This document shows positions 13,066 to 25,790 of a stretch of DNA of 64,000 nucleotides, one piece after another; positions within the stretch are counted from its first letter, which is position 1, and each line of letters begins with the position of its first letter. The stretch is taken from the NCBI RefSeq assembly GCF_964355755.1, contig NC_092675.1, positions 3,157,812-3,221,811 of the forward strand, read 5' to 3'. The notes under the pieces are model-generated. The model worked only from the letters and a program-made list of their open reading frames with translations, was not told the DNA's origin and ran no database searches. Position numbers and translations under genes: made by a program. Source of the DNA: Antedon mediterranea (lineage: Eukaryota; Animalia; Echinodermata).

Positions 13066-15879
13066 TAAAAAACGAGTGTGGACATTGTATGCTTTATGGG
13101 TAACTACCAAGTACTTATGAACTGATCTATTTAATAGAGACAGTTTAAATGGTGTGGGTTTTATACCCAATTAGGAACCATGCACAACTTTATGTCACCA
13201 ACTACTGTATACAGTATGAAAATAACACCAACGGATGTACTTGTGGTCAGGGTTTTAAATCCATAGGTTTGCAATTCAAGTACAAAAGGGACCGATTTTG
13301 ATAAAAATTACTTCTTGTTGAATGGTTTTAAAGAGACCAATACAATTAATTACTGTCCTACTTTAAAAAGTAGTAGAAAGGAGTGTGGAGAGAATATGTT
13401 TTTCAATGCACGAAGAAGCAAGCTGTTATAATTACTGTACAGTAGTATATAACTAAAACCAGTTTGAGGTTTTTACTAGAAATGTTTGCTGGACAAGCCC
13501 TAAATAAAGCCATGTTTAGTGGTTTTCAACCATTTTTTTCAAAACTAAACAAACATATTTAGTTATTACCATATCAAATTAGCTCCTCAGAGATAATAGT
13601 TGTTGAGGTATGCCTTTCAAGTAGGTATATAAAGTTGATAAAGTTTATATGTAAAGTCATTAGCTATCTAATCTAGTTGAGAAAGGCCAGGTTTGACTGA
13701 TCAGATTAATATTTGCAAAGTTAACTAAACTTTAGTTAGCTTATCAAAAATGTATACAAAACTGTAAATAGTTACATTTCGCTGGATACAATGAACCGGA
13801 ATAACCATATATTGAAAAGGACAACATTTTTTTTTGGAATACTGCCGTAATCATCATAAATCCTCAGAATATTATTATTTGAATTGATATAAATTAGATT
13901 AATACTAATGTATTTTTTTTTTAAATCCTTATCTATAAAATTGCTTTTTTTAATTAAAATTTAACTTAAAATAAATGTTAAAAGGTGAAGTTTCCAAATT
14001 GAGCTTAATTTGATTGCGGCAAGGTTTGAATAGTATACTGTAAAAGAAAATCGTTAAATTCAGCAACATTTTTTCTTAATTTTTTTATTTCACACCTTTA
14101 TCCAAAGCACGCATTTAACAACTTGCCTATTATTATTATAGCATGGGAAATACACCCATTATGATTTCTAAAAAGTGGCTTTAGGTATGTGTAGTGGCGA
14201 TATTTTAGGAACCATGACTCATGGTAATTCTTTGCGAGGTTCAGATCTTGGCGATAATGATTTAAATTTGTAGCAAGTTAAGTTACAGTTTTCTGTAGTG
14301 TGTAAATGTATTACCAAGGAAATCTAACAACATGATGCTAAGCTTCGGAGATCAAAGGTCTTTTCTGTGGCTGCAACACGAATAGTTTCACACCCCCTAA
14401 CACCAAGCGTCACAGAGAATTTACATACTGTACTGTAGTATAGCACGGTTGGTATTTGTCGCAGCCAGACATAAGATCAATGGACTGTTAGGAGTTCATT
14501 CATTCTCATTTTCAGTGTCCTGTTGTTAGATTGCCTTTAGTATTACCATTTACTTCCGAGAGAGATAGTGATTTTTCTCCAGGTAAGCTTGGCATGTAAA
14601 TTGACTTTTTTAAAGATAATAATATTTGTTAAAACAACTCTCTATGAAAATAAACTGGTAGAAAAAAATTCAAATAAAAGAATTGAACATAAATGTAAAC
14701 AAAATGTTGTCATGTGTCTCGCTGTGAATGAATTAATAAATATCCATGGTGTTTAAACTAAAGCCTAAAACGAGGACATATGTTTTAGTAAAAATGGCAT
14801 CATATGGTTCATCATATCTTTACCAGATGCATTCATAATCTACAGTCCTATTGATAAGTGTTATTGTAATTATCAGACTTTAAAATCTAATAATGAAAAA
14901 ATCTTCTGAAAAATAAATAAAATATGATTTTGAAGGACATGCCTATATTATTTCAGATGGTATATTATAAGGAGACAAGTAATATTATAGTAACATGTTA
15001 AATTAAATAGAATTACACAGATGCTTAATATTCATAAAAAATGAAATTTTCAAAATTGTTTTCATTGCCAAATTAAGTTATGAAAATACATTTAAAATAC
15101 TTATATTTATAATGACTTAAAATACTATAAAATGTACAAAATATTGCTAAATTTAAAATCATTTAAAACAATTTAATTTAATTAAAAAGTTCTCTTAAAT
15201 TTTGAATTTCCTTTTCCAAATTGTTGAAAATTTCACGTATGGTGTCTAACATACAAAACAAGATAAGACATACGGTACGGCAACTGTGCATAATTCATGA
15301 ATTTAGAAATTATATTGACAGTAGATCTAAATGAAGAAAAAACCTTAATTATTTCAAACCTAAAAATACCATAATTACATCCCATGAACCTAAAATGGTT
15401 AAATGCTGATAAAATTAAAAATGTAAAAACCACAAAACGGTTGGTTATTATCCTTTGCAACTTTTTCTCAGATAAGGGTAACATAAATCTTGAAGAAAAA
15501 AAAAGTGTTTAGTTTTTTAAGTCTGTATCTCATCATAAAGAACATTCCAGTTAAATGTGGTAGGTAACAAGAACAAAGAAAATGCAAAAGAAAAATAATA
15601 AGTGACAGATTTGAAGCTGTAATGAAAATAGCTGTGGTTTACTTCACAAGGGGTGAGTAAAGAATTCAACAAAAGGAGAAGCTTGCTACTTTCATGATTT
15701 TTTTTACCTAATTTTAAGTAGAAAACAAAGAAAACAGAGTGTTGAGAACCAAAATGAATATTGAACAATGAAAAAGCAGATGGAAGGAGTCTAATAATGA
15801 TTGGCATGATTATTAAATTTCAACACAACAAAAATTATATATAAAAAAAACAACCATAACCTTCTCTTACAATATATAA

Positions 15880-16150
15880 AGATGTATTGTCCCCAAAAAC
15901 ATTTAAAAAAAAGAAAATAATGTTTTCACTTATAAAATGACAAAATATATTCCTAAATTCAACCAAAAATCCACTGGCTTGCAGCCAATTTGACTATTTT
16001 TTTGCTTTAAATTGCAGTTTTTTCAGGTAAATATGATATTTTTAATCCAATTTTTGGTATAAAATAAGTGGATAACTATTATGTGACATTAAAATGGCAT
16101 ATTCAACAACAAAACATTTAAGAATTATTTTTCAGGAGGACAATACATCT
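15880..16150. mobile_element. Small non-autonomous DNA transposon (TIR AGATGTATTGTCC; possibly Kolobok-like)
   Basis: 13-bp TIRs. The internal sequence recurs inverted at ~30310-30400 and ~41330-41420. Confidence 0.6.
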
Positions 16151-16941
16151 TACAAACAGAAGTACAAATATTTGAATTAATTTTATTTGATACAAACTTA
16201 AAATAATCATTGTTTTGTACATTTTCTACTTATTTTGTATTTTGAATGGAGTCTTTTCCATATTTACAGTAAAAATCAAATTAATTCGTTTGAACAAATT
16301 CACTTAGTGGAAAACAGATTTACATGTTTAGTTGTTATTTATGTTTTAAATGACTATCAATAAATATTGTATAAAAATATATACAACTTTCTTTCTTTTT
16401 AAAAGTCAAAAATTTGATTTATTCCATCCATAAAAAATGATTGTACTGTAGCTTCCCAAGCTGGTCTTCGCATCAAGACTTAATTAATTATTTCCTCTTT
16501 ATTATAGGCCTATCCAAGTACAAATTCCAGTACTAACCACATGTTCCGCAATCCCATAGTTAAACCCATTAGGGATGGATGGGCAGTGATGATAGGCCAG
16601 AGTAAGTTTGTAATGTTCTGTACTGTAATTGAAAAAATGTAACAATATTACCAGAGACGGCAAAACAAAAAGAACAATCATGTATAATGAATTTTAAATT
16701 ATTGATTAGCAATAATTGCAGATTCATTTGAATTTAGTTCAGGAAAGTTTTCTATTGTGGCTTTTGCTACTAAATTTTGGGTAGCATTTGTCTATCAAAC
16801 ACTGGCGAAAATGTCCCATACACCTTCTGCATTAATGGTACTACTTTTGAAGCTTCTTTATATAACCTATTTAGTATGATACCTGTACTTTAACCAACTC
16901 TAAAGCTCTTCTTAAGCTGGCAAGCTACAGTCTCTATCTAA

Positions 16942-17225
16942 AGCCTTGTCTCAAACTTTATCTGTATGCGACTCGTACAAACACCTTCCTACAGTAGGTT
17001 GTCGTTGCACGCAGGTCGGGGTCTGATGTGCAGCAGTTATTTTAAATAGCGGGCGGCTGTATCTGTATGCGACTCATACAAACACCTTCCTAGGTTGTCG
17101 TTTTATGTGACAAACAAAATGTGATGTGTCCCTATATGGGCATGATGATGTTATATTACTACAATATTTGGGAATATCACTACTACATTTGGGCATATTA
17201 CACTTTTTCGTCAAACTAGTTTGAT
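16942..17225. mobile_element. MITE family A copy interrupted by a ~140-bp insert (16961-17101)
   Basis: MITE sequence CAAACTTTA|TGTGACAAA is split by unrelated sequence. Confidence 0.75.
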
Positions 17226-20078
17226 TAGGGTATATGTAACAATCATAAGAGTAATGGTTGTTTTTTTTAATACGAAACTTAAAACTACTCTTTACTAGAA
17301 ATATTAATATATATTTTTTTTAAATTTTGACCGAACATAATTAGTAAATTACCAAAAGACTACTGACTGACAGTGACAGCAGACATCACATGCTGTGGAT
17401 AAATACAACATGTCTGAAAAAACTGTCTGAAACTAAAAATAACAATAAAAATAAATTAAAAAAATTAACTTCCAGACAAAGATACATGGAGAGAAGTAAC
17501 CACAAAACTATTAGCATATCAGACAATAATTGGAAAAGATTATACTTATAATATAATAGATCTTCCGTTTTGTTATATACTGTACATTAAATTTAATAAA
17601 CTACTGTATGTCTTACAATGTTTATCGAATGTTAAAATAATAAAAAACATAAATTTTCTGAGCTACAGTACTGTACAGTAACTATAATATTCCATTTTTT
17701 TGCATTGTATTTTTTAAATTAAGAAGAGAGAGGTTAAGCAATATGTTATAACGGTTTAAAAAGCTGAACATTATAAACTATAATCTGTTTAATTTATACA
17801 CAATTTCTATAAAGGAAAATAGCAATGATATTGATACGGTACAGTATGTTGCTCTGGTAAAAGTTAATATAAAAAAATTATTAACCACTACAGTAGTCTG
17901 TGGGGTAATAATACACACATATTTAAAACTTTGCAAGGCCTGAGTTGGTTTTTATCATTAAGTGTAGGATTTAATAATAATATTAAAAAACAGTAATCTA
18001 ATCAAATTTATACGTAACAGTTATGAAGCTCTGTGTGGTTTTGTAAATATTAAACTGCCAATTCTCACCCACTAAGCAATTTGAATAGACCCGCCTCCAG
18101 CCAGAGTATCAACAATACAATTTTGAATAAACAGGAAATAATAAAAGTATCTCAATATTAATACTGAATCTTCCCCTACTATTAAAACATAATCATATGT
18201 ACTAGTATAAAAAAGACAATCTGTACAGTAGGTTTTAGGAGTGTCTTTGTTTAATACACTAGAAACGTGATTTCAAAATTTGGATTTTTTTTTAGTTCTT
18301 TGTTTTCTTTAAACCACAGTTCCAGCTGTCGATAATTTATAAAAAAATAATGCCGACAAAACATGGTAATAGTAGTAGTACAGTAGTTTAAAATTAAATC
18401 TTTATAAGTAACAGTTTCCTCAATCTTTCTTAAAATCGTAACTAGTTTAAAAAAGTGGAATGAATAATGGAAAATTTACAGTACATGTTTTGACGAAAAA
18501 TTGATAAAATCAGTAAATTATTAATAATGATTATATAACTGTAGAGGGCCTAAATACAACTGGTTCTAATCTAAGAGCTTTACAAATAAAATAAAAGAGA
18601 AGTCATAATATGTTCCAAGTAGCCAAAAAAAAAAAAAAAATGAATGAAGATAATCATGCAGAGAATCCATTTTCTTCAGCACTTTGAAAAGCTCTCAAAT
18701 GAGAGTTTACCGGAACGGAACTGAAGCCCAAGTGAAAAAGGCCAACCAACCTTCAGTGGTCCCAACTAGTAATAACTGAGTATAAGATAATATTTTTTTT
18801 AAATCACTTTCAATTAAAGAATACAGTTAATCAGAATTGATAAGAGTAAGTATTCTTTGACTTGTTGTCAATCCAATAAAGTATGATAGATAAGTACGCT
18901 ACGAAATAAAAAGGACTTACAGTACTACGAATTAATACATTTTTTTGTACTGTAGGGTTTTTGTCAAGGTATAGTCGCAGAGACATTGGTGTAGCACTCG
19001 CTATATTTTGGGTCTAGGCCAAAATGGTTTCCTCTATTCTCCAGGCCTCCTTTATCTTAATCCTTCACAAAAAACCCTGGTACAGTAGTTACAGATTGCT
19101 AATGCAATATATCCAAATGTTTCCTTTTCCAATTGGTATGTTTAGGCCTGTACTGCATAGCCAAATTTAGGTTGCCTCTGGGCTAGTATAACAATTATTG
19201 ACTGATGCCATCCTCGAGGTGGCAACTAGGCCTACATCATAAACTGGGAAAAGAGCTCTTTAACAATCATGGCTTAACATTATTAATTATATAAATATAG
19301 GTCAGAAATATTAGGTTTCAAATAAATAGTTATGACTACATTAAACTTTAGATGAAATATGTCAAATAAATCAAAAGTAAATAGTGACAAAAGAAATCTA
19401 TATATTTCACAGTAGGGTTTTACTGTATGTAAGTGTAACTGTAAGGGGCTATAGGGTTACCTTCAGTAGTAAGTGTAGTGGATGATGTGATAGGAAAAGA
19501 AAGATGCAAGATTCTGGTCAACCAGCTGCATCAAGAAAATTCATATTTGTTACTTACTATTTCCAAGCCAATGTACTCTGTATGCATTAACAGTCAAACT
19601 GATTGATCTTTTTTTTTCTTTATTTATTTATTTTTTATTTATTTTTTCCTTGTCTATGCATTTTTTTTGTATTGCTTGTTTTTCCAACTCCTATTTTAAA
19701 CACATATATTTTATTTGCATAGGCATACCCAGCACAAGATCCACATCTTCTTGGGATTATGCCTCCCTTCATAGCCTATTTTTTAATTTATTTTTTATTC
19801 TCTTTTCTTTTGTCCATTCAACAATCATCATAATCTTAATTATTTTACCTTATCCTTTCTGTATCCTATTTTGTATTGTATTGTTATGAAGGAAAATAAA
19901 TGTCTTTTGAAATTAAATGAAAACTTAAATTAGCAATACAAAAGAGACATATAGAAAGAATATAGAAAGAGTAAAAAAGTAGTATAACAAATTAGAAGAT
20001 TGGATATGTATCAGTAATTATTGCAAAGGGATAAGGTAAAGGCCAAGAACTACTTCTCTATATAAATCATAAATCTAA

Positions 20079-20904
20079 GGGCCTGTTTCTGCTGCAACTG
20101 CTCAAAATACGGTATAAAATACGGTATTTTTATACCATATTTTTTAGTACCCCGTTTCTGCTAACAATACTTCTTGGATGGTCGTGTTAAATTTCATCCT
20201 TTTTACCCAAATTGCCATTCATTTATTTGGTCGATACTTAAAAGTCGCAATAAAGGAAGTTTTACGTCTCACTTTCAACAGTCTAGTATAGTGATAAAGA
20301 TGTTGTGAGAGCACAGAAAACATTGTAATGGGGACAAGTAATTCGTTCCCTCCCCGAGTATTTGTCTTTTGCAATGTTGTACTGCTTTGCAGGCTCTTCA
20401 GCTTTGAATTTACTTGCTTTGGAGACAAGTCTATTCCGTACTCCTGCTGCTTTATTTTTTTAGAAATGTCTTTATAAATGTGGTTGTCCCTTTTATTACC
20501 TTTTAGTTGGTCGGACATTTTAGCTTCCCCACACCCTCCTTCCCCACACAGATTTATATAGAAATACTGTGACGTCTTCGCTCCACATTTTCGCCGAATA
20601 TATCTATACACGTGTGTAAAACAGCTGACAGCGACAGAAAATAAAAACACAATGTTGACCTCATGTCACAGGTAAAAAAAAAATACGGTATTTTTTATTG
20701 GCAGCAGAAAAGGGTACAAAAAATATGGTATAAATTTGTAAATACCGTATTTTATCCACAAATTTTGTGGGGAAAATACGGTATACAAAATACGGTATTT
20801 TTATTATGAGCGCGGTTTCTGCTGCCAAAAAAATACGGTATATATACGGTATTCAAAAAATACCGTATAAAATACGGTATTTTCTTGGCAGCAGGAACAG
20901 GGCC
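20079..20904. mobile_element. PIF/Harbinger element 2 (826-bp internal-deletion derivative)
   Basis: TAA|GGGCCTGTTTCTGCTGC ... GCAGCAGGAACAGGGCC|TAA; about ten subterminal AATACGGTA/TACCGTAT repeats; Myb remnant inside. Confidence 0.9.
20388..20588 (-). pseudogene. Frameshifted Myb/SANT (trihelix-like) DNA-binding domain of the Harbinger accessory ORF
   Basis: MWSEDVTVFL.. / ..GEAKMSDQLKGNKRDNHIYKDISKKIKQQEYGIDLSPKQVNSKLKSLQ across two frames, with a short internal duplication (GTGTGGGGAAG). Confidence 0.75.
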
Positions 20905-23900
20905 TAAAGTAAAATACAGTAGCACTGTTACATTACAGTAAATAAATAGTAACATAAAGTACAGGTTCAGCAAACATTACCTAGTTTATTTATAAAATGT
21001 TTAACTAGAAATTATAGAAGATTGTTACTACTGTAGTTGTGTGGGATGAATTTCAAGCCATATAAGGAAAAGTTGCTTTTTTTCCTCTAAACATATTATT
21101 AGAAAACACAGAAATTCTATACATTATTTTCAAAAAAAGAAATGAATTTCCAGAAAGGAATTTACTTAATGATTGTTGTTGGCCAACACACATCAACAGC
21201 AAATGTCCCATAAATATGTTGAACACAATCTTATAATTACAAAGAATTTTCTTCTGGACAAGTCAGAACTTGTGTGTAATTGTAAAATTAGAAGATTAAA
21301 ACCACGCAGTAAATTCAAAATATTGGAATGAAACATACCATATTTATTCAAAAAGATGTTCAACTTTGAATAAAAACCTCATCCTTCAAATAAATCCAGT
21401 AATATAGTTAAAAATAAAAAGTGTGACCACATTTTCTGTGTGTTTTTTTTAATAATACAATTTTAAATGGAAAGTTACTTCAAAACTACAGTAGTTAATT
21501 CCATCTGTCTTTATTAATAATAGTATGCTGACAAAATTAACATGTTCTCAATAAAATAAATATGGTGGTAGATTTGAGATTTGATATTATCTCCTTCCCA
21601 CACATTGCAAACAAAATCTGAATTTAAATAAGGACCACCAAATAATGTAACATATGTTGGTACGCCCACATGTGATTTGCCTCATTAGAAATTCAAACTG
21701 TCTGTTTTTACATAACTAATATTGAATGAAAGATGGTTTGATATGATACTTTTTTAAATGATGGAAATTGGTAGAAATCTTAAGATATTGAAGATATATT
21801 GTTTATTGAAAGGTTAAGTTAGAAAGGTGGAATTTCCCAAAACTTGGGGGTGGGGTGTGGACTGACTGAATCTACCAGTATGAATCTATCTTTGAAATAC
21901 GGTATACAACATGATTTTATTATTATTAATTTGTAATGACAAAGAATATTTATGTTGTGTTTTTGTAATCAGATCTATAGAGGTATAAACATCTTTAAAA
22001 AAAGAACCAAAAATCTTGATTACTAATTTCAAACATTAATTCATACCTAAACTTAACATCAAGAATACTACAATAATAAAATCATTTTAACAATAGAAAT
22101 TAACTGAAATAAAATATGTAACTAAAGTTAATTATTAATATTTATTAAGAGGAAATAATAGCCTACATATCTTAATGGCTCCAAAATATTAAATACCTTC
22201 TTTTCAAGTGAAATCCTCCTTAACTTGCTTCTGTTGAACAAATTTGCAACATAACACTACACAAATAACTCAGAGCAATTTGACATTTACAACTAAGGCA
22301 AATCAGGTTCAAACGCCAGCAAACCGGAAGGTTCCGGTATCGAGCAGGCCAGGTAGGAGACGGCACCAACATTATACCTATTGTTGATTAGTACCATCAT
22401 ACCATGCTAGTGGTACCACATCAACACCGGTAACAACACATTTAATAACCTATACATTTTATAAATTTCGTCACTATTTATTAGAATTATTGGGTTGTTT
22501 CTGATTGGTCAATTGATCTGGGAGCAAGCTGATACTGAGTCATCACCTTCTATTTGGCCTCAACACAATACAAACAACTTTTAAGCACCATATGGGTAAA
22601 TACCAATGATCTACCAATATAGAAAATGGTAGAAGAGGAAATGGAAAATAATAATGAAAAAGAAATTGACTGTACTAGCAATAAAAATGAGTGAAAAGCC
22701 AAAACAAAGACATGATTGAACATTAAGAAGACAGATGAAGGAAACAAACATAAAAATGTGACATTAGTATAGACTACTATTTACTAAAGGAAAAAAAGGG
22801 GGAATTTGGTAGTGAAAGGAAGTATTGTGAAATAAAAATTAAATGTTATGGATTATCTTGCCAAAAGTGCCCTCAAATTCAAAAAGTATAAAAAATAAAT
22901 ATAAGAAGGAAAATTAGCTTTAAAAAAGAAGAATGTTAAAAAATGACAGAAATTTTAAAAAAAAACAGATGTAAGGAAAGTCTGGTAGAGGGAAGAAGAA
23001 AAAAAAATAAGGATGTACCATACTTCTTTAGAAAGTCTTGTGGGAATTTCCCAAAAGCAATGGGAAATATGGCGGGAGAGAGGAAATAGAGAGAGAGCGC
23101 AACAGGGGAAAGTGGAGAGATAGTGCACAAATATTAAAGAACAGTGAAAAGTAATCTGAAAAAGAGAGCAATAAGTTGATTCTCTAATGGTATTTGAAAG
23201 GTTGGACAGTTCAGTAGTGATAACATGACATCATACTGTAGTGTGTACATAGCAATCAATAAAATAATAATGTTACATTGAATAATGGTGTGTTCAGTTG
23301 AGTATGAACCTAAAGGTAGTGGGGGTTTTCCTACAAAGATATTGTATTCATTTTTGAAGAAGTTTAAAAATCAATTAAATTAAAAACGACATTGAATTAT
23401 TAAATATTAGTAGTATTATATACTGTGTTTGATTTAAACAAAATATTATTTACAATGACGTTCACTATGGTGTTTACAAGGCTGGACTGAGATGATTCTA
23501 ACCTTTTATACAGAAATACATTTCTTTTTCTTAATTTTATTTTTCAGAGACAATAAAATAACCACTTTATATTAAAATCAATAATTATTAATAACATTTA
23601 TCTAATTTATACAAAACCCAACATGACTGTATATGTACAGTATATTCAAACTTTATTCTAATTCAAACATACATTAACCATTGACCATTAAATTAAATGA
23701 AACTATAGAGGGAGACATTTAAGAAATGACCAAGAAGTAAACATCAACATTCGTACTGTATTATGATTCGTGCCATGTGTGTAGAGACTATTTTAAAATA
23801 TTTTGTTGTTTGTTTATTTAGATTAAACACTAATAATCAAAACATTAATTAGTTAACTAGTCAACATATCATTTATCATTTTATTGAAAAATATTAATTG

Positions 23901-24002
23901 AAAACAAAAATTTCAATAATTATCGGCGACCATGACTGATCAAAATAATAGCTAGCAGCATTCCATTTAAAATATCAGAGGTTAAGTGTTTGTAAACCAG
24001 TA

Positions 24003-24665
24003 ATATTTATTTATTTATTTGGAATTACACCTTTAGATCGGTGGCACACTTAGCACAAAGGTGCATCCTTCACAATATAAAATATAACAATTAACTGAAA
24101 AGTAAAAAAAGGCAAAAGCAACTATCAACCCCTATCCTACCCCCCCCCCCCCCAATTTACATCGATACATACAGTAGATCATTACTTTACACAATGAATA
24201 CAAAACAAGACATAGTAAAAGTGTATAAAATAAAATCAACTGATAAACACGGCTTAATACAAAAAACATCTCCCCCCTCCGCCCCCCACTTTTTTTTTAC
24301 ATTTACTTAATGTAGCAATGTAGATAACATAGTTATTGAGTCATGGAATTCAGTGAATCATTTCGAAATTTCCATGCTTGTTTTAGGTATCTCTTACAAA
24401 AACTATCCAAAATATTTTCACACTCTTCATCAATTAAATTATCTGAGTATCCCAAAATATATTTAAGTTTGTCATTTTCATGAGAAGTATAAAAAGTATC
24501 AAACATATCTTTGCTGCCATTTCTATACATATCCACATATAAATTAAATAATTCCTGATTACGTATATTATTTAAAGCTGGACAATTAAGGATGAAATGA
24601 TGGATGTCTTCGTCCGAATTTGTACCGCACAATTTACATTTTTTATTATTATCAATATACAGACA
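24003..24665 (-). mobile_element. 5'-truncated non-LTR retrotransposon: ORF2 C-terminus with CCHC knuckle, 3' UTR and (TAAA)n tail
   Basis: KCKLCGTNSDEDIHHFILNCPALNNIR...AWKFRN (24333-24645). Related short 3' ends at ~26205-26262 (+) and ~34090-34152 (-). Confidence 0.8.
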
Positions 24666-25659
24666 TCTAGAGAGGCAGTGTCAGTCGAGTCGTGATTGGT
24701 CAAAGTTTACCACCAACTCGTTTGACTGGATGGTTGGTTATGGCCGGGATCGGTTGTAGATTTTAAGGCTGCGTGACTAACAATCACAATATTGACAACA
24801 ACCGGATTCAACGTTTTACAGGAAAAGGGAGTAAAATTCAATGTTAAAAACTGCAATCATTGAAGAAATCTGCAAAAATGTGTACGCGCTGACGAACTTT
24901 AATTCGCAAAACGCAACAATGTTTTTAACCTTTTTTGTACACTTCTAAACTAAACTAAATTATGATATAAAAACAATTTAATATTTGTCTTTAGTGTAAG
25001 CCTTGATTAAGATATTAGCGAAAACATGTCAGAGGCTGGATTAAAGTGTCAAAACCTGAAACTTGTTCAATTTCTGTGAGTGGCCGGCCTTTGTTTTGCA
25101 ACACTTCACGTCCGCATGTCCAAGCAAGTTGAAAGAAATCATAAACGATCGTGTAAAAATGTGTAAATATTAGCGTTCCGGCTTGATTATCATTATTTTA
25201 TTTTCAACTTTAATGATTTGAAAATTCAAGTTTAGACTATAATAATAATGTTCCTATACTATATAGCCTAGCTATATCAAATACTAGGCCTAGCTAGGGC
25301 CTAGCTTAGCTAGTCGTAGGTCTAAGTATAATTATTGAGTTTAGGCCAAGTAAATGTGCACACTATACTGTTAAGGCTTAGCTAATACTACTAGGTAGAT
25401 GTGGAACTAAACCTAGGCTAGATAGTCTAGTAGTAGGCCTTAGGCCGGCTTATTAACCATTCCGTCCTCCCCTTCCGTACCGGTCATCAACGAATCTGTG
25501 CTGCGATTACTAAATAAAGGCCTAGGCCTAGCTAGTTATAAACCTTTCATGCTCCACAATCTCATCGAAGTTTCAACTACTACCTAATATGCTAACACAC
25601 ACACACGGAATACTATATTAAAGGTAATTCTATATATAAATAAAACAAAACAAACAAAC

Positions 25660-25678
25660 CGCGTATACTCGTCGCCAT
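25660..25678 (-). CDS. MRPS11: Mitochondrial ribosomal protein S11, coding exon 1 (MATSIR+G; an in-frame upstream ATG at 25696 would add MFGRRK)
   Basis: AAAATGGCG start context in a CpG-rich patch. Donor G|GTTTGT at 25659 is phase 1 and joins exon 2 as GTG, giving MATSIRVLASRFRQ, an Arg/Ser-rich, acid-free presequence-like N-terminus. Confidence 0.75.
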
Positions 25679-25790
25679 TTTCCGTCTGCCGAACATGCTC
25701 TCTCGTCGTCGACTCGCGGATCGTCATCACACGTCTCCCCTTTCACATTATTACGTAATGGCAATGGTTGCCAGATGCACAGTACATATA
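25673..25790 (-). promoter_or_regulatory. Probable MRPS11 promoter / 5' UTR
   Basis: CpG-rich patch next to the ATG; YY1-like CGCCATTTT (25673-25681); palindrome TTACGTAA (25751-25758); GGCAATGGTTGCC. Sequence becomes sharply AT-rich beyond ~25790. Confidence 0.55.

Noticed and set aside
14516-14582. Plus-strand AG..GTAAG-bounded open segment
   Set aside because: Isolated, no partner exons or homology recognised.
19461-19525. Minus-strand segment with good acceptor and donor inside MRPS11 intron 1
   Set aside because: After exon 1 it gives an immediate stop, and exons 1 and 2 already join in frame; at most a cryptic exon.
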